This document shows, piece by piece, positions 27,546-36,542 of a DNA stretch of 64,000 nucleotides. The notes beneath the pieces are model-generated. The model saw only the letters and a list, made by a program, of their open reading frames with translations. It was not told where the DNA came from and made no database searches. The stretch's first letter is position 1; each line of letters opens with the position of its first letter. Source of the stretch: an uncultured virus (IMG/VR IMGVR_UViG_3300005534_000002) (Duplodnaviria > Heunggongvirae > Uroviricota > Caudoviricetes); the IMG/VR virus record IMGVR_UViG_3300005534_000002; one strand, 5' to 3'. The position numbers and the translations under genes are program-made.

Positions 27546-27980
27546 TTACAGGGGCACAATTTTCATGATACTTCCGGTAGGGAGCATCGCGCCAATACCG
27601 CTTACATCGGCCTGCTCGAAACCGGCTATCGGGTAGCGTGGGTCCTCTGGCGGAATCCAGTCGTTGCCGGCCACAGTCTTGAATCCGTAAGCCCGCGCTC
27701 TGGCGTACTGATATCCCGACCGATCGTTCTCTGCCGTGCTGAACACTTTGAACCTAGTCTCTGGGCCGGCGCTCTCCATTGTGTAGTCGGTGGCCTCTTG
27801 TAATGCGCCGGTCTTCACTGGCGTGTTCTGCCTGATCGCGGGCATGACCCGAGTATCCATCATCGTTCTGCCGATGGTCTTTGGCAGCGTGATAAGCAGC
27901 ATGGGCATCTCCGCGATGAATGTCTCCAGCTTGACCTCGGCCAACCCCAGGTTGACCACGGACATGTCTACAAAAGCCAT
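27546..27980 (-). CDS. HK97 gp10-like neck protein
   Basis: TPVKTGALQ motif, YAR..YG. Confidence 0.7.
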   Translation of the reverse strand: MAFVDMSVVNLGLAEVKLETFIAEMPMLLITLPKTIGRTMMDTRVMPAIRQNTPVKTGALQEATDYTMESAGPETRFKVFSTAENDRSGYQYARARAYGFKTVAGNDWIPPEDPRYPIAGFEQADVSGIGAMLPTGSIMKIVPL

Positions 27981-28159
27981 TAGGCAGCCTCGCCTATCCG
28001 AATAGCTCTCGTTACTCGATCGAGAGCTTCTTCCATGAGACTGAGGGCTACCCTTCTCTCGTGATTGTCTGGAGCAGCATTCATCACGCTCGATCGTAAG
28101 TCCCTAAAGAGACGATCGAGAAGGGCTTGCTTGAACGCCTGTTCGTACGTGATCTCCAT
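27980..28159 (-). CDS. small helical-hairpin protein, Acb2/Tad1-like
   Basis: 59 aa; APDNHERRVALSLMEEALDRVTRAI resembles PxxRExxLAxxxLEEAxxWxxxAI. Confidence 0.45.
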   Translation of the reverse strand: MEITYEQAFKQALLDRLFRDLRSSVMNAAPDNHERRVALSLMEEALDRVTRAIRIGEAA

Positions 28160-28160
28160 G

Positions 28161-28814
28161 TCACAGTGATTCCTTGAAGTAGGCAGCGGTGATCGCGTCT
28201 TCGGCGTAAGCGTAGCGTGGTTGATCGAGGATCGCGCCGGCCTTGGGGAACGGATTTGGAGAGCGAGTCCACCGCATCTTGTCGCCCTTAGAGACAAGCA
28301 AGCCACCAGGCGTGCCAACGGGGTAGGTGATCGAGGAGTCGAACCAGACCTCCCAATCGTAGGAGATGCCCTGAGCCTTCATCTCGTCAGTGACCCGCGA
28401 GATGAACACGTCGATGCTATTGATGCTGTGCGAACCGTCGCGAGCGAAGGTGACGTTCGCGTTCGAGATGACGGCGAGCACGGTCGTGGACACGTTGTAG
28501 GTGTCCGGGCCGGTAAGCTCGGTAACGATGAACACACCGCGAGTCTGTCCGGTCTGTGTAACGACACGGATACGGTCGCCGGTGACGACGTCCACGCCTC
28601 CGCTGTATGGGGCCTGCGGGGCTTGCATCCTGATATTCCACTTGCGCAGTCTCAGGTGCTCAGGCATCCCGCGAATCACGATCGGTCGCGTCTCAATGAC
28701 AACCAGACACGGATAGCTCTGGCCGGTACGGAGGATGGTCGCTGTCTCGACCATCGCTGTGTTCAGGTGCTTCCGAGCCCTAGCGATAACTGTTTTGCTG
28801 ACGATAGGTGCCAT
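28161..28814 (-). CDS. head closure protein
   Basis: 217 aa; DVVTGDRIRV beta motif; synteny. Confidence 0.6.
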   Translation of the reverse strand: MAPIVSKTVIARARKHLNTAMVETATILRTGQSYPCLVVIETRPIVIRGMPEHLRLRKWNIRMQAPQAPYSGGVDVVTGDRIRVVTQTGQTRGVFIVTELTGPDTYNVSTTVLAVISNANVTFARDGSHSINSIDVFISRVTDEMKAQGISYDWEVWFDSSITYPVGTPGGLLVSKGDKMRWTRSPNPFPKAGAILDQPRYAYAEDAITAAYFKESL

Positions 28815-28826
28815 CAGTAGCTCCTA

Positions 28827-29483
28827 TCAGTAGTAGGGCTGGACGTAGCCGACAGTCGAGTTGTCCTGGGAAGGCTCCGTACCAGGCTCGGTCATCATCT
28901 CGCGAGTAAAGAACGGCTGGACCTTGGTCGTGTCCGAGACAGCCATGTCCTTATCGGCCTGAAGTAGCCCACCCATCAGCGGTAGCGCCGACGATCTCGC
29001 AGCCTCGTGCCGCAGACGATCCGCGAGAGCGAAGTAGGCGGTTGCGGCCTGAGACATTCGCTCTTTGATCTCCTGGTAAATCTCATAATCCACCGCTCTG
29101 GACAACTTGCCAGCGATGGCCTCTGCTGCGATAGCGGCAGCCCGCATCGGATTCGGCTTGAGTTGCAAGAAGAGCGATATCTCCTCGTCTTGAAGCTGCT
29201 GATCCGTCGTGTCTGTGTCGCCAACGAGCAAACGAACCTTGTCCTTCTGCCCGATGATGGTCTGGACAAGCTCGTCACCGGCGATGGGGAGATACGGAAG
29301 CGGCGCTGAGAGCGTTACGGTGTCACCAGCTACCGAGAGGATGTTGCAGATGTAGCCGTTCTCGGTCGCCGGCCCCGCGATGAAGAGCGACCCGGTTCCC
29401 GTCGTGACGTTAAAGGTCGTCAGCGTCGGAGGGGGAGTCGCTACTACGAGACTCGAACGAGGCTCAAGGTAGGTCCAGGACAT
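28827..29483 (-). CDS. head-tail connector / adaptor
   Basis: DKVRLLVGDTD...LQDEEI motif; synteny after the capsid. Confidence 0.8.
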   Translation of the reverse strand: MSWTYLEPRSSLVVATPPPTLTTFNVTTGTGSLFIAGPATENGYICNILSVAGDTVTLSAPLPYLPIAGDELVQTIIGQKDKVRLLVGDTDTTDQQLQDEEISLFLQLKPNPMRAAAIAAEAIAGKLSRAVDYEIYQEIKERMSQAATAYFALADRLRHEAARSSALPLMGGLLQADKDMAVSDTTKVQPFFTREMMTEPGTEPSQDNSTVGYVQPYY

Positions 29484-29491
29484 GACCTAGC

Positions 29492-29752
29492 CTACCTGGA
29501 AGCGTCTTTAGGCGGTCGTCCCGGCTTGCGCTTCGGAGGCTCGGTCGATCCGACCGTCACCTTCTCGATTCGATGGTTGCGCAGGTAGCTCTCTCGGATG
29601 GTCCAGTCCCACGCCTCGACTTCAGGCATCTCGTCGCCCACTTCGCGATAGACGTGCTTGCCGTTGTGGTGGGACAACAGTCTCTGCACTGCCACGTAGG
29701 TGTGGCGCACAGACTGGATCGGTTCGGCGGTTTCGGTTTCGGTTGCGGTCAT
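29492..29752 (-). CDS. small protein with AT-hook-like C-terminus
   Basis: 86 aa; KRKPGRPPK; typical post-capsid gene. Confidence 0.65.
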   Translation of the reverse strand: MTATETETAEPIQSVRHTYVAVQRLLSHHNGKHVYREVGDEMPEVEAWDWTIRESYLRNHRIEKVTVGSTEPPKRKPGRPPKDASR

Positions 29753-29773
29753 GTCATACCCCCAAGGTGGTCA

Positions 29774-29808
29774 GACCGGGCGGGACCCCCTAAAAGTCCC
29801 GCCCGGTC
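29774..29808 (-). terminator. hairpin / putative terminator after the major capsid gene
   Basis: GACCGGGCGGGAC / GTCCCGCCCGGTC 13-bp inverted repeat. Confidence 0.65.
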
Positions 29809-29822
29809 CATCAGTGGAGCAT

Positions 29823-30827
29823 CTACTGGATCGCGCTGGTGAAGAACACGCCCAGGTCGGAGCCGATGAGCTTCATGTCGAAAGCCATCTCGCCCTCGAC
29901 GCGGTCGGCCTTGCGCTCCTGCATCCTGAAGCGATACACAGCCACATCGGCGGTGCCGTTCAGGTAGCCCTGCCAGCTAAACGTGTAGCCAGCGGACGGG
30001 GTCAGGAGGCCAGGAGTGCTCGGCGCGAACAGGAGAAGCGCCTGCTTGCCGTACAGGTAGCTCATGCTGCGAGCCGCGCCTTCGGCGGCGGTGTTCTGAA
30101 CCACGAACGGCACGAGAACTTCGTCCACGCCGAACGCCGGCGCGAGGATGCTGAAGTCCAGGAACGCTCGCTCCGTGTACTTGACACGGTCGATGATCTC
30201 CGGGTTGTTGCGCAGCGCGTTGGCGACTTGCGGACCCAGGATCAACTTGTTCGGCTTGCGCGCGGTCAACTGAGCGATGTTCAGAATCTGCGCCTGGATG
30301 TCCTCGATCGGCTGGCTGCCCGACACGTTCCACTCGACAAACTGGTTGGCTCCAGGAGCGGAACCCACGCCAGTCATGTCCGAACCGTTGTTGCCGGTCC
30401 AGAGTCCGGTGGTCATGAACTTACTCGCCCAAATCTGCTCGCGCTTGAGCAGCATCTGGTCGGTCACGTTCATCGTCGCGTCGCGATCCGGCGACAGCAC
30501 GGAGTCGGCGTTGACGCGGACGTCATCGGGCACCATCACATGCACCGAGTAGATTTCGGCGTTGTAGGTGCTCGTGTTCTGAACGGTGTACTCGGAGCCT
30601 GCCGATTCGGACGCCGGTCGGCGCTTATCCGCTTCGGTTCGGAACCAGTAGTCCCGGTCGTACTCGTAGTACCTATCGCTCTGCTTCTGCACCGGCACGA
30701 TCGGGAAGGCTCGCGCAGCGATGTACTGCGTGTTGTCCTGCCGATACGCGACGGAGATTTGAGTGAGCGGCACGTTTACGTGGACATCACTCGGGGTGAG
30801 GCCCGGAGTCGGAGTTGGTGCTGCCAT
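29823..30827 (-). CDS. major capsid protein (HK97 fold)
   Basis: 334 aa; LTQISVAY, FPIVPVQKQSD, PNKLILG, PSAGYTF motifs; GAGGGAG RBS. Confidence 0.9.
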   Translation of the reverse strand: MAAPTPTPGLTPSDVHVNVPLTQISVAYRQDNTQYIAARAFPIVPVQKQSDRYYEYDRDYWFRTEADKRRPASESAGSEYTVQNTSTYNAEIYSVHVMVPDDVRVNADSVLSPDRDATMNVTDQMLLKREQIWASKFMTTGLWTGNNGSDMTGVGSAPGANQFVEWNVSGSQPIEDIQAQILNIAQLTARKPNKLILGPQVANALRNNPEIIDRVKYTERAFLDFSILAPAFGVDEVLVPFVVQNTAAEGAARSMSYLYGKQALLLFAPSTPGLLTPSAGYTFSWQGYLNGTADVAVYRFRMQERKADRVEGEMAFDMKLIGSDLGVFFTSAIQ

Positions 30828-30883
30828 TACTGTGTCTCCCTCGAATGTTCAGCACGTGCCCCCGCGTGCCGTTACTTTTACGA

Positions 30884-31258
30884 CTACTTCTTGCCTTGCG
30901 GAAGCAGCATCACCGTAGCCATCTGCCCCGTTGCAAAGACGCCGGCCTTGGTCGCGATGCCGGCGATGTACTCCCCCGACGCAGCGGTATCGACATTCCC
31001 GCTAGCGTCGGAGCTAACCAGATCACCCTCGGCGCAACTGTTCGCGCCAGCGATCACCGGAGTCTCGCCCAGGATGCGGACAACCGCTCCCTGGTTCAGA
31101 GTTGGCTTGTTTTGCAGCACCCCGAGTACCGGACCACCGTCCGTCGCAAGGATGACGCCGTTCCCACTCACGTCCTTCTGGACGAAGCAGTAAATCTTCG
31201 CGCTCAGATCGACGTTTGCGTTGTACGTTCGATCGAGTACGCCAATGCCCGTTGCCAT
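30884..31258 (-). CDS. capsid decoration / cement protein (DUF2190-like)
   Basis: 124 aa; LGVLQNKP, GDLVSSDASG, IAGIA. Confidence 0.8.
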   Translation of the reverse strand: MATGIGVLDRTYNANVDLSAKIYCFVQKDVSGNGVILATDGGPVLGVLQNKPTLNQGAVVRILGETPVIAGANSCAEGDLVSSDASGNVDTAASGEYIAGIATKAGVFATGQMATVMLLPQGKK

Positions 31259-31279
31259 TGTCTTTCTCCCTTACCTGAC

Positions 31280-31873
31280 CTAGTTCCGCGACCGGGTGCC
31301 GACGTGCTGGCCCGTCTCGCGAAGGTACTGAACGTACTTCGCATCGTCCCACGCCTCAGCAGCGGCCTTGGCGACACTGATGTTTCCGCCACCCTGCGCG
31401 GCGATTGCCTCGGCAGCCTTGCGAGCCGCCTCAACGGCGCTCGTCTCGCCGTTGGCCTGCGCGGTGCTGGCTCCGATGCTCTCCCAGAACCCGGCAGCGG
31501 ACAGCGCCTCGGCGGCGGTCTTCTGCGTCTCGATGTACTGGTTGAGGGCTTCGGGGTCGCCGCCGAGCTTCTCCATCAGGGCGACGTGCTTGGCAGTCTC
31601 CCCGACGAACGTGGAAGCCGTCTCGGCAAACTCTCGGCGCTGATTCTCCTGCCGAATTTTCGCTACTTCCTCAGCCGCCTGACGAGCGACCTCAAGAGCG
31701 GACTCGACGGCAGCCTTCTGTGCCTCGGCGGCGGTCTTGGACTGCTCGGCTTCCTTCTTGGCAGCCTCTTCTGAAGCCCGAAGCTCCTTGCGCTCCTTCT
31801 TCAGTTCAGCGATCTGCTGCTCAAGCTCGGAGAGCCGCTTCGCTTCGGTTTCCTTGTTCTCTTCGCCTGCCAT
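31280..31873 (-). CDS. nested in-frame scaffolding protein
   Basis: GAGGAG RBS before internal ATG (MAGEENKETEAKR); coiled-coil Glu/Ala/Lys-rich. Confidence 0.65.
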   Translation of the reverse strand: MAGEENKETEAKRLSELEQQIAELKKERKELRASEEAAKKEAEQSKTAAEAQKAAVESALEVARQAAEEVAKIRQENQRREFAETASTFVGETAKHVALMEKLGGDPEALNQYIETQKTAAEALSAAGFWESIGASTAQANGETSAVEAARKAAEAIAAQGGGNISVAKAAAEAWDDAKYVQYLRETGQHVGTRSRN

Positions 31874-33166
31874 CGTATTCTCCTCTGTGGTGGCTTTAGT
31901 GTCTACGTCGCTGAAGCCTTGCTCGCTGGCGATGACTGGCTTGAGAGAGCTTGGCTTGAAGAAGGGCCGAGTCGTCAGAGCGCCTCCGATAGCAATGTCG
32001 CTAAGAATTGCTCCCGTAGCTGGGTCCCTCCACGAATCATACCATTCTGGCGAAAAGTACTTGAACCGCTTTTGCTCTAGCATGGCCTTGCCACGGTCGG
32101 TCCAGTCCGGTCGAATGGACACAGAGCCGTTGGGATTGATACGCATTCCGCCCCTGCGCATCCACCCGAGTGCTCCTGACAGCTTCGTCTCGTGCTCGGC
32201 GTCGATCGGGACGTCGTCCTGGTAGACGCCAGAGTTGAAGTTGCGGACGAAGTTCTCGTTCCGCTCTTTGGTGATCTCAATTTTGCCGTAGCGCGGCGAG
32301 TGGAACACGCCAGGAGGCGGCAGGTATTCGATCCAGTCGCCAACGCCAATTGATTCGTCAAAGCGCAGCGGAATGAACATCCGCAGGCCGATGCCGTCAG
32401 GCGTGACGAAGTGCGGCGACCCTTCTCGATACTGCTGTGACTCACCCGACACGAACGACGATGCCTCGCAAGCCTCGCAGCAACCACAGCCGGGTCCGGT
32501 GCAGCTATCGCAGCAATCGCCGCCGCAACCGCCCATCGCCTGCTCGTCGGCCCGCTTCTTGGCGAGTCCGCCCTGCTTGCCCTGCGCTTGCTTCAGGAAC
32601 CGATTGAACTGCTCGGCAGTCATGAGCCGACCCGACGCGAAATGTTGCCGCGCGGCCTGCGTCAAGAACTTGAGCGTCTTGCTGCGCTTCTTGGAAGGCT
32701 CGCTGTTGACCGGCGCATTGACATGAACATCGCCTGACGTCAGGCCCGGTGCCGGTGCTGTCCCACCTTCATCGGCGCTGTTCGGGTCGCCGGCGCGGGT
32801 GTCGTCCTCGCTCTCGTCAGGCTCTTCTTTATCGTCCCAATCCAGGTCCCCGCCAGGCCCGTACTTGGGAGCCTCAGCCGCGAGGAAGGATTGCCAAAGC
32901 TGGTACTCGTGTTCGTACTGCTCGATCGCCTGCTTCGACGTGTCGATGCCGAACTTCGCGGCTCTAGCCCTGATCTTGGCGAGCGCCTTCTTCTTCGCTG
33001 CGCCGGCTAGACCCTTGGTCTGGTTGATCCGTGCCAGCGCGTTTCGGACGTGGCCGGCGTCGTGAATCGGGAGATGGCGTCCGCCGTCCTTGTCGATCCA
33101 CGCAAAGTCACTGTCATCTAGAGCATTGCGCGCATCCGCGTCAAGCTCAGCGAACCACATCCACAT
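31280..33166 (-). CDS. prohead protease / scaffold (Mu gpI-like) with N-terminal DUF6582-like domain
   Basis: PIDAEH, ALGW, WTDRG, FKYFSPEW, GGALTTRPF; N-terminal RNALDDSDFA..LPIHDAGHVRNALAR; GGAGGAG RBS. Confidence 0.85.
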   Translation of the reverse strand: MWMWFAELDADARNALDDSDFAWIDKDGGRHLPIHDAGHVRNALARINQTKGLAGAAKKKALAKIRARAAKFGIDTSKQAIEQYEHEYQLWQSFLAAEAPKYGPGGDLDWDDKEEPDESEDDTRAGDPNSADEGGTAPAPGLTSGDVHVNAPVNSEPSKKRSKTLKFLTQAARQHFASGRLMTAEQFNRFLKQAQGKQGGLAKKRADEQAMGGCGGDCCDSCTGPGCGCCEACEASSFVSGESQQYREGSPHFVTPDGIGLRMFIPLRFDESIGVGDWIEYLPPPGVFHSPRYGKIEITKERNENFVRNFNSGVYQDDVPIDAEHETKLSGALGWMRRGGMRINPNGSVSIRPDWTDRGKAMLEQKRFKYFSPEWYDSWRDPATGAILSDIAIGGALTTRPFFKPSSLKPVIASEQGFSDVDTKATTEENTMAGEENKETEAKRLSELEQQIAELKKERKELRASEEAAKKEAEQSKTAAEAQKAAVESALEVARQAAEEVAKIRQENQRREFAETASTFVGETAKHVALMEKLGGDPEALNQYIETQKTAAEALSAAGFWESIGASTAQANGETSAVEAARKAAEAIAAQGGGNISVAKAAAEAWDDAKYVQYLRETGQHVGTRSRN

Positions 33167-33207
33167 GCCTGTCTCCTCCGATACATCCACATGCGCTAAA
33201 ATGGTCT

Positions 33208-33702
33208 GTGACCGAAAAATCCGAAGCGACAAAAGAGCGCAATCGAAAACGGCGCATGAAGGTGTACTACTCCCGTTGTGAATCCGGTCTTTGCCCATCG
33301 TGCGGCAAGCAACCGCCCGAGCCTGACAAAGCCTGGTGCCCTGATTGTAGACGAAGGAGCAGGGGCTACAACCGTGGGCAAAGCTACGCTCGAAGACTTC
33401 CGTCCAGAAGTCGCGAGTATTCGCGCCTCGCACGCATCAGATCGCAGGAGGATGCAATGAGAGCGTACGGTGGTGAGTGCGCGTGCTGCGGCGAGACTCA
33501 TATGGCCTTTTTAGAGCTAGATCATATCGCGGGCGGCGGAACTGAGCATAGGACTGAGGCGAAGAAGTGGGGACGAGCCTTTTATGATTCTCTGAAACAG
33601 CAGGGCTATCCCGATTGTGGATTGCAAGTGCTCTGCGCCTCATGCCATCGCGCTAAGACTCGCGGGCGCCCCTGTCCCTCAACTCACTATCTAGTGCGTT
33701 AG
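33208..33702 (+). CDS. HNH endonuclease (antisense insertion in the head module)
   Basis: CACCGE..LELDHI..LQVLCASCHRAK; N-terminal CPSC..CPDC. Confidence 0.85.
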   Translation: MTEKSEATKERNRKRRMKVYYSRCESGLCPSCGKQPPEPDKAWCPDCRRRSRGYNRGQSYARRLPSRSREYSRLARIRSQEDAMRAYGGECACCGETHMAFLELDHIAGGGTEHRTEAKKWGRAFYDSLKQQGYPDCGLQVLCASCHRAKTRGRPCPSTHYLVR

Positions 33703-33932
33703 GGGTTGTCACCGTACTTAGCGGCCATCCGCTCTTCGAGTGACCACATTTTGATAGGGTTGCGATTCCGCGTGCCGTCGCGTCCCATATCAAAAGTAAC
33801 AAGATTCGGGAGAAGGCGTCCTGGGGAGCCGCAGAGTGGGCACCCCTGTAGGTTTCGCTCTTCGATGGGGCAGGTGACTTCGTACTTCAGTTCGCAGTCT
33901 TCACTATCGCACCGATACTCATACACTGGCAT
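33699..33932 (-). CDS. FmdB-family zinc ribbon protein
   Basis: MPVYEYRC....C...CPLCGS. Confidence 0.85.
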   Translation of the reverse strand: MPVYEYRCDSEDCELKYEVTCPIEERNLQGCPLCGSPGRLLPNLVTFDMGRDGTRNRNPIKMWSLEERMAAKYGDNP

Positions 33933-36033
33933 TCTGGCTGTCCCCCTTACCAACTTGCTGATATTCGCCATCAGCGGGGAGCGACACCACGAGGGCAACC
34001 GTGTCCCCGCCTATCTCGTCAATGCGTCTTCGGAAAGCATCCGCGTGGTTCCCGCCAGAGAAGTCATCAATGAGCGTATCCACGGCGAGTCTCTTGCACT
34101 CGTCAGCTTTCCAGGTGGCAGTCAGGTTGGGATCGAGCTTCGGATGCGAGGTAAAGAAGGCAGGCTCGGGGTAGCCGAGGTCAGTCCACGCCTGACGAGC
34201 ATCGTCAGTTCGGTTGCCTGTCATCACGCCGACCTGTATGCCTGCATCGGCAAACAGATTAGCCATAGGTACGAATACCTGCGGGAAGCGTAGGGCTGTG
34301 TTATCGAGATCGAACGCAACCTTACGCAAGCGATCCATCGGCGGTAGCTCGTTGAATAACCTCGCAATGTGCCACGCGGCCCCGAAGGTCGTCTCGGTCG
34401 TTTGCTTTGACCGGCGCTGCGCGGTCGCCAGCACTCCATTGCTCTGGAGTGGCCCACGATGGACGTGCGGCGGCTCGGCCTTTGGTGCTCGTGGTTGGTT
34501 CGGGACCTTCAGCGATGGCCGCTTCTTGCCGGTGAGTTTCGGTCGTGGCGGCGTTGCTGCCGTCGCTGGCTGCTCTTGCATACCGCCCTGTCCCGGAGGG
34601 TTGGTTCCAGGTGTTGCCGTGCTATGCGGTGGCGGCTGTCCGGGAAGCTGCTGCGGTTGCTGCCCGAACGGCCCAGGCATGAAGTTGCCGGGAGTCGGAG
34701 GCAGCCCGTACGGATTCGGCATGAGCGTTTGCCACTGATCCGGGAAGGGGTTTTGTAGCCCCTCGGGCGGCGGCGGCAGGTGCGCTTGTTCCATGAGGTG
34801 ATTCATGAGCGCTCCCTGTGGGTTGGTGTCGAACACGAAGCCGGCCTGTCCAAGCTGGTAGATGTAGTTGCCAAGGGTGTCCAGGTCCATGCGCTCGACT
34901 TGTCCGTGCTGGAGAGTCGGCGGGTCCTTGATGTCCATGCCGTTCAGCTTGAGCAGGCGAGGAATCGCGACGTCATTGATCTGAGCCGCGATCATCGACA
35001 AGAACGCCGAGATGGCTGTGGTAAACAGTTCGATCTTGGTCTTGCCCAGCGACTGCGTCCCAACGTTGGTGTGCCCAAGCATGATGAAGTCACCGAGGCA
35101 CGTCATGAGCATTCGCTGTTCGTGGCGCTCTATGACATCGCCCAGGTTGAACTGACGTGTCCCTCCAGTGGAGAGCAACTTCAGGTCCCACTCGCGGTTG
35201 CCTCGATCGTCCGTGTCGGACGGAATCAGGATGCCTTCCTGCTCATCGCGGCGAACATTGCGCACGAGATCGAACCACGCCTGCCGCATCTGCGCCTCTT
35301 GCGGCGGTGCGTTCGGGTCCAGGATGCTCGACGGCACGTAGCCCACCGGCAGTCCAGCCATGTCTCGCTCGGCACCGATAGCCTCGATGGCCTCCAGGTG
35401 CTTCGCCATGTACCAAGAATGGTATGCGTTGCGCCAGAGCGAACGACCTTCAGGGTTGGCGCGCTTGGTCGTCGTTCTGAAGAGCAGGCACTTGTCCATC
35501 GGGATCGTGTGCTCAACGAAGTCTGGTGGACCTAGCTGGACAAACGCCTTCGGGAAGTTAGCGTGGAAGTCTTCGTAGTCCCAGCGCAGGAGCGTTTCCT
35601 GACCGCGCATCTGCCAGCCCTGCCAGCCGATGCGTCCGTCGTCATACTTGGACGACTTGCCGTCGCGGCGCTTAAAGACTTGCTCGAAGAGCGACCACCC
35701 GTAGTCGATGAAGGTCAGGATGTCAGCGAGGGTATCTTCCCACGGCTGTTCCATGTCGTGAATGCACTCGAAGATGAACTTCGCTGCGTCGTGCCCCTCA
35801 TCGTCGTCGCGCCCTGGAGCAACCGTCCAGGACACCTGACGAATGAGCATCTCCATCGCGAAGTGCAGCGCCCCAATGGGAGCACTGTTGTCCGACATCT
35901 CGCGGAGAACACGCCGGCCCTGCGGCCCCTGAAGGTCATGGAGCCATTCATCAAAAACGTAACCGGCGTATCTCGGGAGCCCAGATACGCCCAGGGGGAC
36001 AAAGAGGCTCGCTTTCTTTCTATCGCTCGCCAC
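33919..36033 (-). CDS. portal protein (Mu gp29/DUF935-like) with C-terminal HAD-like domain
   Basis: YGWSLFEQVF, NPEGRSLWR, ERDMAGLP, IPRLLKLNG; follows terminase; C-terminal FDLDNT..TG..K..IDD. Confidence 0.88.
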   Translation of the reverse strand: MASDRKKASLFVPLGVSGLPRYAGYVFDEWLHDLQGPQGRRVLREMSDNSAPIGALHFAMEMLIRQVSWTVAPGRDDDEGHDAAKFIFECIHDMEQPWEDTLADILTFIDYGWSLFEQVFKRRDGKSSKYDDGRIGWQGWQMRGQETLLRWDYEDFHANFPKAFVQLGPPDFVEHTIPMDKCLLFRTTTKRANPEGRSLWRNAYHSWYMAKHLEAIEAIGAERDMAGLPVGYVPSSILDPNAPPQEAQMRQAWFDLVRNVRRDEQEGILIPSDTDDRGNREWDLKLLSTGGTRQFNLGDVIERHEQRMLMTCLGDFIMLGHTNVGTQSLGKTKIELFTTAISAFLSMIAAQINDVAIPRLLKLNGMDIKDPPTLQHGQVERMDLDTLGNYIYQLGQAGFVFDTNPQGALMNHLMEQAHLPPPPEGLQNPFPDQWQTLMPNPYGLPPTPGNFMPGPFGQQPQQLPGQPPPHSTATPGTNPPGQGGMQEQPATAATPPRPKLTGKKRPSLKVPNQPRAPKAEPPHVHRGPLQSNGVLATAQRRSKQTTETTFGAAWHIARLFNELPPMDRLRKVAFDLDNTALRFPQVFVPMANLFADAGIQVGVMTGNRTDDARQAWTDLGYPEPAFFTSHPKLDPNLTATWKADECKRLAVDTLIDDFSGGNHADAFRRRIDEIGGDTVALVVSLPADGEYQQVGKGDSQNASV

Positions 36034-36063
36034 CAGGCACCCCCTACGCGATACGCGCAGTCA

Positions 36064-36468
36064 TTAGATCGGCTCCGCGAACAGGTTAGCCGTGATTCCT
36101 GCGCCGCCACCGGAGAGGGTATTCGCGCTCACGTTGATGCGCAGATACCTGTACTTGTCGTTGATGGTGAAGACCTCGCGAATCGTGCCGGCCCCAGGGG
36201 TCAGGGTGGTTGAGCCAACCGCCCGAGTGACCGTAGCCTGAGCGTCGATGCGACTGTACCCGGCTTGGTAGAAGTTGGTGTTGTCCATCGAGCCCTCGAA
36301 CGTGAACGTCACCGCCTGAGCAGCGATCGTCCCAACTGCGACAACCTCAACCTCCTGCGTGCCGTCGAGGCCACGAACATCCGCTGCTGTCTGCGGGCCG
36401 GTTCCAGTGAGGTTAGCGGCCAGAGAGAGTAGCCGTGAGTCTTGCTTGCCTTCAGTTTCGAGAGACAT
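36064..36468 (-). CDS. small beta-sandwich protein, probably virion-associated
   Basis: 134 aa; FEGSMDNTNF, YRYLRINV. Confidence 0.6.
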   Translation of the reverse strand: MSLETEGKQDSRLLSLAANLTGTGPQTAADVRGLDGTQEVEVVAVGTIAAQAVTFTFEGSMDNTNFYQAGYSRIDAQATVTRAVGSTTLTPGAGTIREVFTINDKYRYLRINVSANTLSGGGAGITANLFAEPI

Positions 36469-36490
36469 GGCTCATTCCTGTTCTGCGGTG

Positions 36491-36530
36491 AGGCGGGACC
36501 GGCCCGAAAAGTAGCTGGCCGGTCCCGCCT
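36491..36530 (-). terminator. hairpin / putative terminator
   Basis: AGGCGGGACCGGCC / GGCCGGTCCCGCCT 14-bp inverted repeat. Confidence 0.65.
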
Positions 36531-36542
36531 ATTGAGGTTCGG

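Noticed and set aside
29700..31774. Long plus-strand ORFs (497 aa, 319 aa) and similar antisense ORFs across the late operon
   Set aside because: Shadow frames of well-supported minus-strand genes in GC-rich DNA; no RBS or motifs
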